A stretch of DNA of 64,000 bases, taken from positions 172,608,001-172,672,000 of the forward strand of contig OZ024741.1 of NCBI GenBank assembly GCA_964016885.1, given 5' to 3'. Position numbers and translations under genes: made by a program. The notes beneath the pieces were generated by a model that searched no databases, was not told the origin of the DNA, and worked only from the letters and a program-made list of their open reading frames with translations. The DNA is from Eledone cirrhosa. Taxonomy: Eukaryota. Below, one piece after another: positions 13,339-26,233 of this stretch; the stretch's first letter is position 1; each line of letters opens with the position of its first letter.

Positions 13339-13790
13339 ATGTGTATATATATATATGTGTGTGTGTGTATGTGTGTATGTATATGTATGTGTGTGTGTAT
13401 GTATGTGTGTATATGTATATATATATATATATATATGTATATGTATATGTATGTATGTGTGGATGAAGGTATGTGTGTATATATAGGTGTAAGTGCACTA
13501 AATCCCTTTCTATCACGCTCCACTCTCCTACCCATCACAGGAAGATATGTGTATGTATATTGCTTCCACCTCCTCACTGACCAGCAGCTGGCGATTGCTA
13601 AATCTGACCTTTATAAAATAACCCACACCCCAAATAACTTCTCATTCACTACCAGAAAGGGACACAGCAGTCAACCTGTTGTTGCTACCAAGATGAAAAC
13701 TGCTATGAAATCCCACAATGAATTTTATACTTGAATTTTCAAGTCTCAAATTTTAACTCTTCGTATTATTAATTTTTCTTAATATTAATC

Positions 13791-13838
13791 AACATTTGAA
13801 AAGATGGCTTTTGCAGACCCATCGAAACCGGTCATTTT
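13791..13838 (+). ncRNA. Minimal HHR-like motif in the PLE 3' terminus, U3-A8 core variant (mirror at about 9007-9054 on minus)
   Basis: aacat TTGAAAA gatgg cttttgcagac ccatc GAAA ccgg TC atttt; stem III palindromic accggt; stem I imperfect. Confidence 0.55.
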
Positions 13839-13982
13839 TTATACCCTTTATTATTTCCTTACCTTATAAAATTATGTTTTTTCACAAAAAAGTATTCTGT
13901 CTCTTATATATTCCATGTGCCATTACCAACCTCAATTTTCTCTATAACCTTCGCTTTGTGTAGAAAATTACACTTTTCATAC

Positions 13983-14014
<32 letters not shown>

Positions 14015-14113
14015 TATATTATATATAATATATATATAATATATATATGTGTATATATATATATACATATATATATACATATATACATATATATATATAT
14101 ACATATAAATATG

Positions 14114-14148
<35 letters not shown>

Positions 14149-14190
14149 CTGCGTGTGTATATATATATGTGTGTGTGTGTGTGATGTATA

Positions 14191-14269
<79 letters not shown>

Positions 14270-14736
14270 ACATTCAGACATGCAACTCATACTTGTCCCG
14301 AGGATTTTCCTTATCAATGTCTACTTTCCGTTGCATTTATCTTTACCCGCCCTCATATATAAGCTTGCATTCTTTCATTATAAAACTCTTTCATTCCATG
14401 CTGCCTTCTTGAAGACCTACTACACACTCGTCATTCTTGTCTCTTCCAATATATATATACCGATATACATCTTTTTCTTTTCGCTCCACCCACGTTAGCT
14501 TCGTACCATTGTCTTCCTCTTTTTCTGCACTTTCATACTTACAACTTTCATAGTTACATTATTTCCTTTCTTCCTTTCTTTCCTAGGTACTTTCTTTATC
14601 TACTCATCCATTCAACCATCCTTTCTCTCCGTCTTCATTCATTAATTTTCTATATATTACCCCGATTTCCTTCTTTTTTTTCTCTCTTTATCCACCCATT
14701 TGCTTTTTTACTCCATCATTTTTTCATTCTTTGTAA

Positions 14737-14926
14737 GGCCGGTGGATTGGCAGTATCGATAGAGAGTTGCACACCATACTTTGCAGGATAGAGTTACGGT
14801 CCTTTACGGTCTGAGTTCAAATCTCGCCGAGGTTAACTTTGCCTTTCATCCTTACGGGGTCGTTAAAATAAAGCACCAGTAACGTACTGGGGTCGATTTA
14901 ATCGAATTTTCCTTCCCTCAAAATTA
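14737..14926 (+). mobile_element. Meta-domain SINE
   Basis: ggtggattggcagtatcg...gagttcaaatc...gcctttcatccttacggggtcg. Confidence 0.85.
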
Positions 14927-16515
14927 CTTTCTTTTGCTGTTTATTCAGTCGGTCTTTCTAACATTTCTACTTTCGTTCTTTGGATTATCAACCAATTCTT
15001 CTTCTCTTAACTCTTTCTTTCTTCCTTTTTGTCTTACTCCATCCATTATTTAAATTTTTGTTCAATTATTCAATATTCTTTCTCTCATTCCATTATTTCA
15101 ATGCTTCTTTCCATCGTTCATTCCTTCTTCCTTTCCATCATTCTTTGCTTATTACATTCTTTCTTTATTTATTTATTTCGTTGTATCTATTATTTCATTC
15201 TATTTTTCATTCATATTCCCATACTTTTATTTTTTAATGCGTTTTCTCTTATCATCTGTCGACTAGAAACATAACAGTCAAAATTGTTTGTGGTGCCATT
15301 TGAACTCAGAAATTATAAGATGTAACTAAATCCGCAACGCAATTTGTCCCGAGCTCTAATTATTATTCTAAATCATCCCCAATAATAATAATACTTACTT
15401 CATACAATTAATGTATGATATTACAAATGTTCTTATTGACAGGCGTTCGGGAAGCACACATTAACGAAAAATATGTTATATTAACACCAAACCAGTTCAG
15501 AGTTCAATGAAAAATAGCAAACAATACAAATATAAAGCAACCCGTTCAGCACAAAATTAAAATAATTACGCGTACATTAAATTTAATATATAAAATATAC
15601 GAAATACATCGGAAGTAACAGAAGCAACTAATCCGGTAAACAATATATTCATCAATCTAAATAGAGGAGTGGTTTTTTACTTCTCAAGTGTCACAAATAA
15701 GACAGGAAAGGTATAAATAGACATGAAATAAACGTGCTTCTATTTTAAATACAGATTTTACAGCCACAACTCTACAAAAAGGAAATTACGCCAATATTAC
15801 TATAGCTGAAGAATACGCTCAAAATTAATTTCTAATTTAGGCACAAGGCCAAGCATATTTGGGAGATGAGCAAAATTAGTTAAATAAACTCCAGTAAGAG
15901 AAAATAGATTGAGAAGAAAGAGTGGAATATAAAATGAGAAAATATAAAAAACGAAAAGGGTAGGGAAAGGCAAGGCTCTAGTGTGGGGATGGAGAAGGGG
16001 AAGATGATGGGCTCTGGACCTAGGGCGCGGCGGTAATTGGGCTGCACCCCACAGACAAGACAGCAAAAGCATTCCCACGGACAATGGCCAGCGAAACCCG
16101 CTGCAACAGCCATCCCACCTCGCGGGGCTCCTTCCTCAGACGGGCCGAAATTAAAATGTAAAGAGCCTGAACAAAAGCGGCAACAGCATTATATTCAGCA
16201 CTTTACCAGTTCTACCATTCTACAAACCCTCAAATTGATAAAATGGTAGAAATGATATTAATAAAACAATACTGGAACCTACATAATTGAAAGAGACAGT
16301 AACATAAATCAAAACATTTTGTCCTGAATATTAGACTATAAAACGTCAAGAAATGATTATGATGGATTAGATGACTTTACGGTTCCAAACACTGCGAGGA
16401 AATAATTCGAAAATATGACAAATACTTTGATAAAAGTCCAAGCTAGAAGGCAATGGTGTATTCGATACAATAAGTCCAAAAGTATGCTTTTTGCATATAC
16501 AGAAATATAATACAT

Positions 16516-17306
16516 ACAGATGTCCCCCCCCCCCCCCAAGATTAGCGGGTTTACGTTCCTAGAGCAGCCGCAAAGAGTGAAAAACCGCGAATAATGAACG
16601 TGGCCCATATAGGCCGGCAAATACGGTATATCTTAACTATAATAAAGAAAGGAGTGTGGGACTGCGTCCCCAATATATTTTTTTATCGCGTTTGTAAAAT
16701 AAGTTGGATTACTTTGAATGAATAATGAATGACTATTACGTAATTTATCTACTAAATTTCGTAACTCTTGATTAAATATAAATAATTTTATTGCTTATTT
16801 AAAGATTCACTTCTTTAAAATGTTCAAATGTCAACACTTCCGGTTAGCGATCACTTATATAAACATTCATATATTTCCGTCGCTAATTTTTTCCTAATGC
16901 AGTTTATATATAATATAGTGTTTTTTTTTTTATGTATCATGGATTGCGTTACTGTTTACAGAAGACAGTGTAACACAGTCTCCCTTCAATTTCTGTGCAT
17001 ATTCTCAATTACGATTTTATTTGACATGCAACTACATTATATATATTTGCGTATAATATCAATATGCACACTACACATGCTAGCAGCAAACCATCCGATG
17101 GGTGGTTTTTCTGCTAGTTGTTATTAATAATTTAACGTTAAAAAGTGTGAAAATATATATATATTGTCACGGTAAAAAGCCATACAAAATTCGCGGAAGA
17201 TATTTACGATTCCGCGAATACGCGGTGGTTTCCACGAACAATTATTAGTCACGTTCTATGGAAAATTCTGTGAAAAAAGGGGACCGGGAATGCCGAGAGT
17301 ACACTA
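16516..17306. mobile_element. Possible decayed pogo/Tigger-like MITE
   Basis: Starts ta-cagatgtcccc; subterminal ccgcgaata-type motifs at both ends; TIRs poorly matched. Confidence 0.25.
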
Positions 17307-17775
17307 TATATATGTGTGTGTGTGTGTGATGCGTGCGTGTGTGTGAGAGAGAAGGGGAGAGGTGTGTGTTTGTACGTATACCCACACACAAATATGATAG
17401 CTATTACTATGTACTATAGTGGACTGAAACTTCAGATTACTAAGATTATGCTTAAAATTAGGAAAAAAAAATCCTTCCAGTGCTATTTGAATTCTCAAAA
17501 CCAAAATGCAAACAAGGGAAATCCCTCCAATAAATATCAAGGAATTCAAAAATTTGAAAAATATAGACCACGCAATTAAGAAATGATTTCAGTCATGTTA
17601 GTTCTGAAGACTGAAGCCTATTCTCCTCGGTAAGAATTAGTTGTGGTTCAGTATATACACATTTAAAGGGTAAATTAATATTTTAGGATGCTAACATATA
17701 TACGTGTGTGTGTATGAATGTATGAATGAATATGTATTATATATATGTGCATATATATATATATGTGTGTGTGTG

Positions 17776-17813
<38 letters not shown>

Positions 17814-18316
17814 ACAGGGAGAAAGAGACGATAATTAGAAAGAAAACAATTTTTTTTTTCCTTTTTGTTTCTCTCTCTCTTTTTTCTAGGTTAGAAAATG
17901 ATTAAAACGAAATGTTTTACTTTGTGTGAAGTGTTAAGATATTAGTTGATTTATTTATTTTTTAACAATGACATATATTTATCTATTTATATATTTAATA
18001 ATTGTCTATTACCGGTTTCAGCATTTTTATGCATTATCAAATGATAGTGAAATGTATTAATGTGGTGTCGCACATGTTAAACAGAAGGTGCAGAAAGAAT
18101 AATGTTATTTACAAACAAGGTTTATGAAGTGAAAAGAAAAAAGAAAAAGGAAAAAACGTGCATAATGTAGAGCATAATAAGTCAATGTGGAAGAAAAAAT
18201 AATGTCATTTACAGGCATAGTTATTGAAGTTAAGCAGATCAAAATGTATTAATATAGCAAGAGTGCTTAGTTGATCCATGATTCCATGATGGAGGCAAAT
18301 GGTGGACTGAGGTTTG

Positions 18317-18359
<43 letters not shown>

Positions 18360-18360
<1 letters not shown>

Positions 18361-18560
18361 CAAAGGAATTATGGCAAGGAACCAGAAGGACCATAACGCA
18401 CCAGAGTACTCAATACTTAGGGTAGTAGAGTGAGGAATAGGAAAAAGTATGACCCCGACGACAGAGCTCAAGCCGTTTCGACGGCTATTTCTGGAGTAAA
18501 TTAGAATTTTTAGCCTGGTGAATAAATAGCCGAACTTTTCAAGGGGGTACTTCCTTATAT
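18360..18560 (-). mobile_element. PLE-type 3' terminus with a degenerate U3-A8 HHR; family also present at 51517-51626
   Basis: 18361-18435 is the reverse complement of 51550-51625; minus TTGAAAA g..cggctattt...aaatagccg.c GAAA. Confidence 0.5.
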
Positions 18561-19124
18561 GGGAAGATTATAGTTGTCAAGAGGATTGGTTAAAATTTGT
18601 TGTAAACACAAATAAGTCTATCATGGCATTTGGTAGGGGTGGCTGAACTTGCCTGTAGAACAATAGGGGAGTGACAGGAGCGGTCAAGCGTTGAAAGTGA
18701 TATGTATACAGCAGATTCTAAGGATAGTGTATGAAGTGGAGGAAGGAGTTATAGAATAGGTAAATCGAATAAGAGTAGGAGACAATAAAAGATAATAGAA
18801 AGAAATTAAAAAAATATATATATATAAAATTAGATAGTGAGAAATGAATTAAAAAAATCACAATGCTATCTTACAATTACAGGTTAATAAGTTGAGAATA
18901 GAACAAACTTGTAGAAATTGAGTAGTATATATATACACACATACATATATATATTTCTGTATACACACACATAAATATATACATATACAAGTATATATAA
19001 ATCCATGGAGCAAATATTTATTATTAATACAGATTAAAAGTTTAAGCAATAAATTTCTGCTTTCACCTTGATACATGTAGTAAAAGGCCGATACGATATA
19101 TATATATATACATATATATGTATG

Positions 19125-19188
<64 letters not shown>

Positions 19189-19278
19189 CATACATACATA
19201 CATACATACATACATACATGCATACATCCATCCATCCATACGTACATGCGTGCGTACGTACACCAACACACAAATACG

Positions 19279-19366
<88 letters not shown>

Positions 19367-19372
19367 TTATCT

Positions 19373-19503
19373 AGTGTATTGGCAGTATCGGTAGAGGGTC
19401 GGACGCCACGCTTTGCCTTTCATCCTTACGTGATCGATAAAATAAGGTACCAGTAATGCACTGGGATAATTGCTGGCCTGTGCCAGAAGTAGAAACAATT
19501 ATT
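19373..19503 (+). mobile_element. Meta-domain SINE, internally deleted
   Basis: Head joined directly to ctttgcctttcatcc; B box missing. Confidence 0.8.
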
Positions 19504-19536
19504 ATTATTTATCATTATTATCATTATTATGTTAAG

Positions 19537-19610
19537 GGCGGAGGATTGGCAGTATCGGTAGAGTGTCGGACGCCATGCTTTGACGCATAGAGTTGTGGCC
19601 CTTGGCATTC
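19537..19610 (+). mobile_element. SINE 5' half fused to an R4 LINE
   Basis: ggcggaggattggcagtatcggtagag...cccttggcattc, then LINE sequence. Confidence 0.75.
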
Positions 19611-22600
19611 CTTTTCCTTGTCCCAAACCACAAGGTCAGGTCTATTGTGTTCAAAATTCTTGTCCGTCTGTATCCTAAAATCCCATAGCACCTTCACCTG
19701 ATCGTTTTCTATCACCGACTCTGGCTTATGCTCATACCATTTCTCAGAATGTCGTAAATTTTTTACTTTGCATAGATGCCAGTGGATCACCCTGCCCATC
19801 ACATCATGTCTCCAGCCTTTATAGTGAGTCTGGGCTAGCTGTTTACACTCGGATACAATGTGAGCCACAATCTCCTCTCTCTCTCCACAGATCCTACGCA
19901 GTGGGCTAGCCTCCTCCCTGTAAATATGGTGATTCACTCACTTCGTTCTGAGGGCCTGCTCTTGCGCAGCCATTAGCATTCCTTCTGTAGCTTATTTAAT
20001 GTCTCCTCTTTTTAACCAGTTCCATCTCTAAATTCAGTTTTCTTAAAGAAGGTACTATGAAGGAATTTTTCATGAAGATTGCTCTTCCTCCTTGTTGTTA
20101 TTTCCGCCTTGGACATCCCCTGTTCTATTGTCCTCTCCTAAAGTACAATTTTGAGCATTGGCTCCCTACTCTCAGTCACGTATTTGTGCAGGTTGTTTTT
20201 CTCCATCTGAACACAGTCCTCTATGCTGATAAGACCTCTTCCACCTTCAGATCTCCTTAAGTAGAGTCTATCGACATCACTCTTCTTGTGGAACATGTTG
20301 TAGATAGTCAATAGCTTCCTAGTCTTCCTATCCATTTCTTTTTGTTCAGCAACATTCCATTTCAGAATTCCCGCACTGTACCTAATAATAGACACACCTC
20401 GGGAATTCACTGCACTTATGTTCAGATGTGACTTTAATACACTCCTTACTCTCCTAATGTACTCAGATCTTATCAATTCCTTCATTTGTTTTTGTTCTTG
20501 ATGTCATCTGCCTCCAGAACACCTAAATATTTGTATCCCTCTTCAGTGTCAATTTCCTTTATCATCTCACCTGTTGGTACCTGGATTCCGTTGCTTCTGC
20601 TCAATTTACCCCCCTTCATCACTAGGACTCCACACTTATTAATACCAAATTCCATACATATATCATTGCTGAAAATACGGACAGTATCGACAAGTACATA
20701 CAACTCCTTCTCACTCTTCCCAAAGAGCTTAAGATCATCCATGAAAACGAGGTGGTTGATGGTAAGCTCTCCTTTTCCCAACTTGTATGCTGCTCTCACT
20801 TTTCGCAATATAACGGTCAGGGGTATCAGGGCAAGGACAAACAGCAGAGGGGACAAACTATCTCCCTGGAAGATACCTCTCTTGATCTTCACGCCTCCCA
20901 AGGATTTTCCACCCGATGTTAACTCTGTTTCCCAGGACTTCATACTTTCGCTCAACAACTGTCTGATGTTATCTGCCACCTTGAAGATCTCTAGGCTTTG
21001 GTTATCCAAGAATGAGGTACCATGTCGAATGCCTTTTTTAATCTATCCATCCCATGGCAAGACCAGTGTGCCTCCTCTTGCAATACCTCATTACCATCTT
21101 ATCAATAAGTAACTGGTCTTTTGTATCACGGGACTTCTTTCGGCATCCTTTCTGTTCGTCCGGTAACAAGTTGTTTATGTGGAGGTGATGGTAGATTTCC
21201 TCAGACACAATGCTTGTTAACAATTCCCACATTACGGACAGACATGTGATAGGCCTATAGTTGGTAACATCATTACCCTTGATTCGGTCTTTCATTACCA
21301 GAACTATGGTACCTTTTGTCAACTACTCTGGTACTTCACCCGACATCAAGCAGTCATTGAACATGGTTGTCAGTTTCGGGTGGAGGGATGTTATATTTTT
21401 AATCCAATACCCTTGCACACCATCTGGGCCTGGTGATTTCCAGTTGGTTAGTTTTTTGGCCCGCCCTTTAAGAGTTTCAACTGTGATACTCAAATCAGGT
21501 TGTTTGTGTGCTTGTTCACTAATCTCCTTTTGAACTGTTTCAATCCACACTTCCTGACTATCATGTTAAACATCCTGCTCCTATATTCCTCTCCAGAATG
21601 TCTTAATCTGTTCCGCCTCGGGGATCAAGTCGTTGCCTCTTTCTTTCCCTTCAAGCTGTCCAAACAACATCTCCTGCTGGTTGTGAAACATGCGGTTCTG
21701 TCTATACTGACTGACTCTGCTCTCATACCGTCTAATCTTTGCACTTTTTGCTACAATGCGTTGCTTCAGTTCCTCTATGATAATATTTTGCTTTTTCCCC
21801 CTAGTTTTGTATTTTATTTCCAATCTATCTTTAGTGTCTATGTTTTGTAATGTCCCATTCAGTAAGGACTCAAGCTTTCCAATGTCTTTTCTCATTTCCT
21901 TGATTTGACCATTCAGTCGTTTCTTCCACCAAGGTTCTGATCTTTCTTGTTTGTTGTTTCCTTTCGTTTTTATGCCAAGTAATTTCCTCACAGCATTTGC
22001 GTTTGCTTTGAGGATATTGTTACATTGGTGAAGGTTCCTCGCCTCAAGGTATGGGATGACTTTGTTTATCTTAGCTGTTGTTTCTTTTAACTTTTTCCTA
22101 TCTACAAATCTTAGGTTCATAGGTTTTCCACTATCATTATTCATTTCATCTACCACTAAGTTCAGGATATCAACCAAATCTTGTCCTAGCCCGTCAGCAT
22201 TCATTTCCCCCAATGGCCGTATCTTTGTTCCAGATGTTATTTATTTCAGCATTCAGATCATTGTCTGCTTCGGATGCTTCCTCGGGTCTCTCAACCTCTT
22301 CACCTTCATTTCCCACTGGCTCGTTTGCCTGACATACTCCACTCTCCATTTCCAAATTAATCTCTCTGCTCAGTTCCTCCAGTTCCAACTCGCTTATCCA
22401 TCCATTAGTTCTTATTACCCGAGCCTGCCCGGCCAATTTTTGTTCATCTAATTTAAATAGACCAATCTCGTTCTAGATGTTATGCATCCGTTTCCTATAG
22501 CCTTTTTCCATGAGGTTACTCTTCAGGTAACATTTCATGACAGTTCTATTTAATTCTTTCGTCCAGTTGGTTCTTGTCCCTTTCCTTCTTCTTCCCCCAA

Positions 22601-22790
22601 CACCAGCAGTATTTGGATGACAGCCAGGTCCCTGCTGCTGGGCCAGGGAGTACTTTCTGGGTGAGAGTCTTTCACATGACGTTTCAGTCTCCTTTTCACC
22701 GTTATTCGAACTGTTTAGGTTCCACATTTAAACACTCATATCGAGGATTAGTGAATGTATGGTTACATAGCCACCGGTGATTTTAGTGTG
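19611..22790 (-). pseudogene. Decayed R4/Dong-clade non-LTR retrotransposon (RT plus RLE), 3' end lost
   Basis: Fragments WTKELN, KSPGPDG, NYRPITCL, GIFQGDSLSPLLF, NHLVFMDDLKL, ICGEREEIVAHIVSEC, RHD, NRPDLVV; stops and frameshifts. Confidence 0.88.
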
Positions 22791-22881
22791 GCACCATCAC
22801 GCTGTAGACGAACATAAATAAATAAACAAATAAATAAATAAAAACATAAAAAAGAAACATAAGTTTCATTGTAATGTTTGA

Positions 22882-25352
22882 ATGTCTGACAGTTGTTTTG
22901 CGAAAAAGTCCACGATTCGGTCTTTGAAAGACAAAAACGGACGCGTGCTACTTGACTCCAAGCGGATGTGTAGGGTCTTTCAGTGGCACTTTGCGCAACT
23001 GTTCGAGCAGAGTGGCGCGCCAAACGAGGCAATGGACTTCGGTTCATACCTCGATGGCCTGCCGCGTCTCTCGAGCATGGACGCCGAGTTCTGCGAAAGA
23101 CCGATCACAGCCATTGAGATACGGGACGCTCTGGACCGCTGCGGCAAACGCAAATCACCAGGTCTAGATGGTCTACCCTATGAATTTTACATAGGCATGC
23201 CGGACTTGTTCTCTGGCGTCCTCGAAGCCGTCTACTGCAACTGGCAGCAGAACGGTAGAATTCCCAGTTCTGCAGGCAGGGGCGTAGTAACGCTGATCAG
23301 GAAAGACGAGAACAAGGGGGACGAAATAAGCAACTTCAGGCCCATAACTCTCCTAAACACAGAGATAAAGATCTTGTTCAAAGTGTGAGCAACGAAATTG
23401 GCGCTTGTCGTCAATAACCTGGTGGAAATAGCTCAAGCGTGTGCAATTACATCCAGGTTCATACACGACAACCTCCACCTCATGCGATACATCGTAGAGA
23501 GGGTGGGGGGTAAACCCGGCTTCGGTGGGGCTCTGATCAATTTATATCAGTCTAAGGCTTTCGATAGGGTCCACCATCGATACTTGGAAGCGTTTCTCAA
23601 GGCGGTTCTCCAGCCTTCAGAGGCTGGATCACAGCCATGCACACCAACATCCGCTCGACGGCAAGGTGAACGGCTGCTTATCGGAGCCGTTCGCAATCAT
23701 GCGTTCCATCCGACACGGATGCCCTCTCTCCTCCATTATGTACGTATTGACACTAGAGCCACTACTGCGGAAGTTTGCAGGGCATCCCGTTGGAACAAGG
23801 ACTGCGGAAAGCGGTGTGGCAGAAATGGTGTTGAAAACCTCGTAAATCGGGGCGATCAGCAACTTACTGCAGGAATACGAAAGTCTCACAGGAGCAAAAC
23901 TCAACCCAGACAAATCGGTCGGTTTGCAACTCGGAACGTGGAGAGGCAAACCGATGCCCGGTCTGGTTCGGTCCGGACCTCCAGGTGGAGAAAAACTGGA
24001 ACGAGGTCACGGCCAAGGTATTTGCGCTCACCTAGAAGTAAGCAGAGTGCAAACTATCCTTGAAAGAACCAGCGGAGGTGGCGAACACTTTTATAACGTC
24101 CATCATCTACTACCGCTTGACCGTGGTGCCTTGTCCCTGCGAATCCCTCACCAAGATGGAACGCATGCTCTTCCAATTCCTTTGGAAGAAGCAGGCTCCA
24201 CTAGTGAGGAGATCCGTCTGCTGTCAGCACCCTTCCAGCGGAGGGCTGGGAATGCCGTGGCTGATGATGCGCAAACACGCGCTGAGGTTACGGCCTCTCC
24301 AGGTATTCCTCACCGACCAACTGGTGTGGGAACCGTTTGTGAGAGAGGCCTTACCGCAACTTGTTTCGCTGACGGAGCTGCAGTCCTGGGTCAAGCGGAG
24401 ACCGAAGAAAATGGGCGCATGGAACATTGAATGCGCTCAGGCGCTCACAATCCTCTGTCAAGCGGGCACGGCAATCAGTGGCGACTTCACTTCGACATTC
24501 TATAGAGGGATAATACGTTACAAGTGCGACGACGTGCTCGGAGAGACTCTGGGCGTCGAAGACGACGAACTCACCAGTCTGATCGGTAGGACTTTCCGCC
24601 CGGGACCTATGGACAACTTCCAAAAGTCCCTGGCCTGGCAGTACTAACGAGGAGCTCTACCAGTCCGAGACTACAGGCACGGACGTCCCAAGATGCGAGC
24701 AGGACATTGAAACCGCCCTGCATGCAATTGTACACTGCCCGGGCGTAACCAACCTGTGGGACTACGCAGAATAACTGCTGTCGCGTATGGGACAAATCCA
24801 GTTGACTGGCCATAGTAAGGATCAAACCGCGAACTTCTTTCAAAAACGAAAGAGAGGCGGTTTTCCTCTGTATAGTGGCTATGGTAAAAGAGGTTATATG
24901 GTGAACGAGATTTAGAGGACTGAGGACAGATGCCTTTCTCTCCGGACAACAACTCATTCCCTTCTTTAGGTACCACTTTAGAAGGAGAATCAGAGTAGAG
25001 AGAGCGGTACTGCACCCCAGTAAATTTACTGAAAGGTGGGTGAACGTAGCAAAAATGGCCGAGTGATTGGACCTACTCTGTATATAAACCTGTAGGTTGA
25101 AGAAGAGAACGAAAGGAAGAAAGGACCACTTGCACAACATGCTCCTGGAGTTGAAGGTTGTTCTATCTACGGGGTATAAAACAACCCATTTGCAACGCAT
25201 ACCACCCCACCCCCTTCACCCCTATTGGGGATTTCGATTGTTAAATTTGTTTTTGTTGAAAATATTTTTTTACACGATTGTATGTAAAATCCCCCGCATA
25301 TGTCTTTGTATTGTCCCCTTTTCTTGTGCTCCCGTGTGGCAAATAAAGAAAT
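22882..25352 (+). pseudogene. 5'-truncated, decayed Tx1/L1-type LINE
   Basis: KSPGLDGLP, NFRPITLLN, KAFDRV, GGLGMP; 3' end aataaag; homologous to 60012-64000. Confidence 0.88.
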
Positions 25353-25805
25353 ATATCTTAATTGATTATAAGCCGAATAGCCACTGAATAACGGTCAAGT
25401 TTTTATTTTGTTGTTTTGACCTATCTAATTACGCTATATTAAATAATTTATGAAACTTTTAAACCAACTGGAATGTTTTCTCCCAGTCACGTAACCCCCA
25501 ATGTGTTGAGTGGTTTCAAGTCATATGCTTGGTGGTCACCGATCTGTCCAGCTCGTTTGTCTACTAACATATCATGAACAAGTTATACATCAATATATGT
25601 ATACTGTTTGAGGAGGACATGTTTTGCTTTATGTTATACATAAAATTTTACAACTTCGAAATATATATAATATATGTGTATGTATGTATATATATATATA
25701 TATATAGATATAGATATATATATATATATATAATATATATTTAATATAGAAATGGCAACCCGGAATAAACTTTTATATATATATATGTGTGTGTATTTAT
25801 GTATG

Positions 25806-25880
<75 letters not shown>

Positions 25881-25910
25881 TTTAATATAGAAATGGCAAC
25901 TCGGGATAAA

Positions 25911-25959
<49 letters not shown>

Positions 25960-25971
25960 TTATGTATGTAG

Positions 25972-26018
<47 letters not shown>

Positions 26019-26024
<6 letters not shown>

Positions 26025-26152
26025 GGCCGTTGAATCTTATGAGTTCTTCCGCCCTTTGTCAGGTTTTGTTTTTTGTCCTGCAGGGTGTCCAAAATCACCC
26101 TCCTCACCAAGTAATCTTGGTGGGGTTGCCGGTTTAGTCGCCGACGACCCGA
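26019..26152. repeat. Dispersed repeat, diverged copy of 30740-30873 (RTE-5'UTR or SINE-like)
   Basis: ttggatggcc...cctgcagg...cttggtggggttgcc...gacccga at both sites. Confidence 0.65.
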
Positions 26153-26233
26153 TGCATACATACATACATATATACATACATACATACATACATACATACA
26201 TACATACATACATACATACATACATACATACAT

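Larger units (their letters stand above)
8899..13946. repeat. 5-kb palindrome: two 2519-bp inverted arms of a 5'-truncated PLE around a 10-nt spacer
   Basis: Mirror ORFs sum to 22845; arms 8899-11417 and 11428-13946; spacer ttcatggaat; one mismatch noticed (9640 vs 13205). Confidence 0.95.

Noticed and set aside
17470-17635. Possible host exon (ttccag ... gtaaga)
   Set aside because: No recognisable protein and no supporting neighbouring exons
20486-21112. Long antisense ORFs over LINE RT regions (also 61144-61776 in an alternative frame)
   Set aside because: Shadow frames of the retroelement coding sequence
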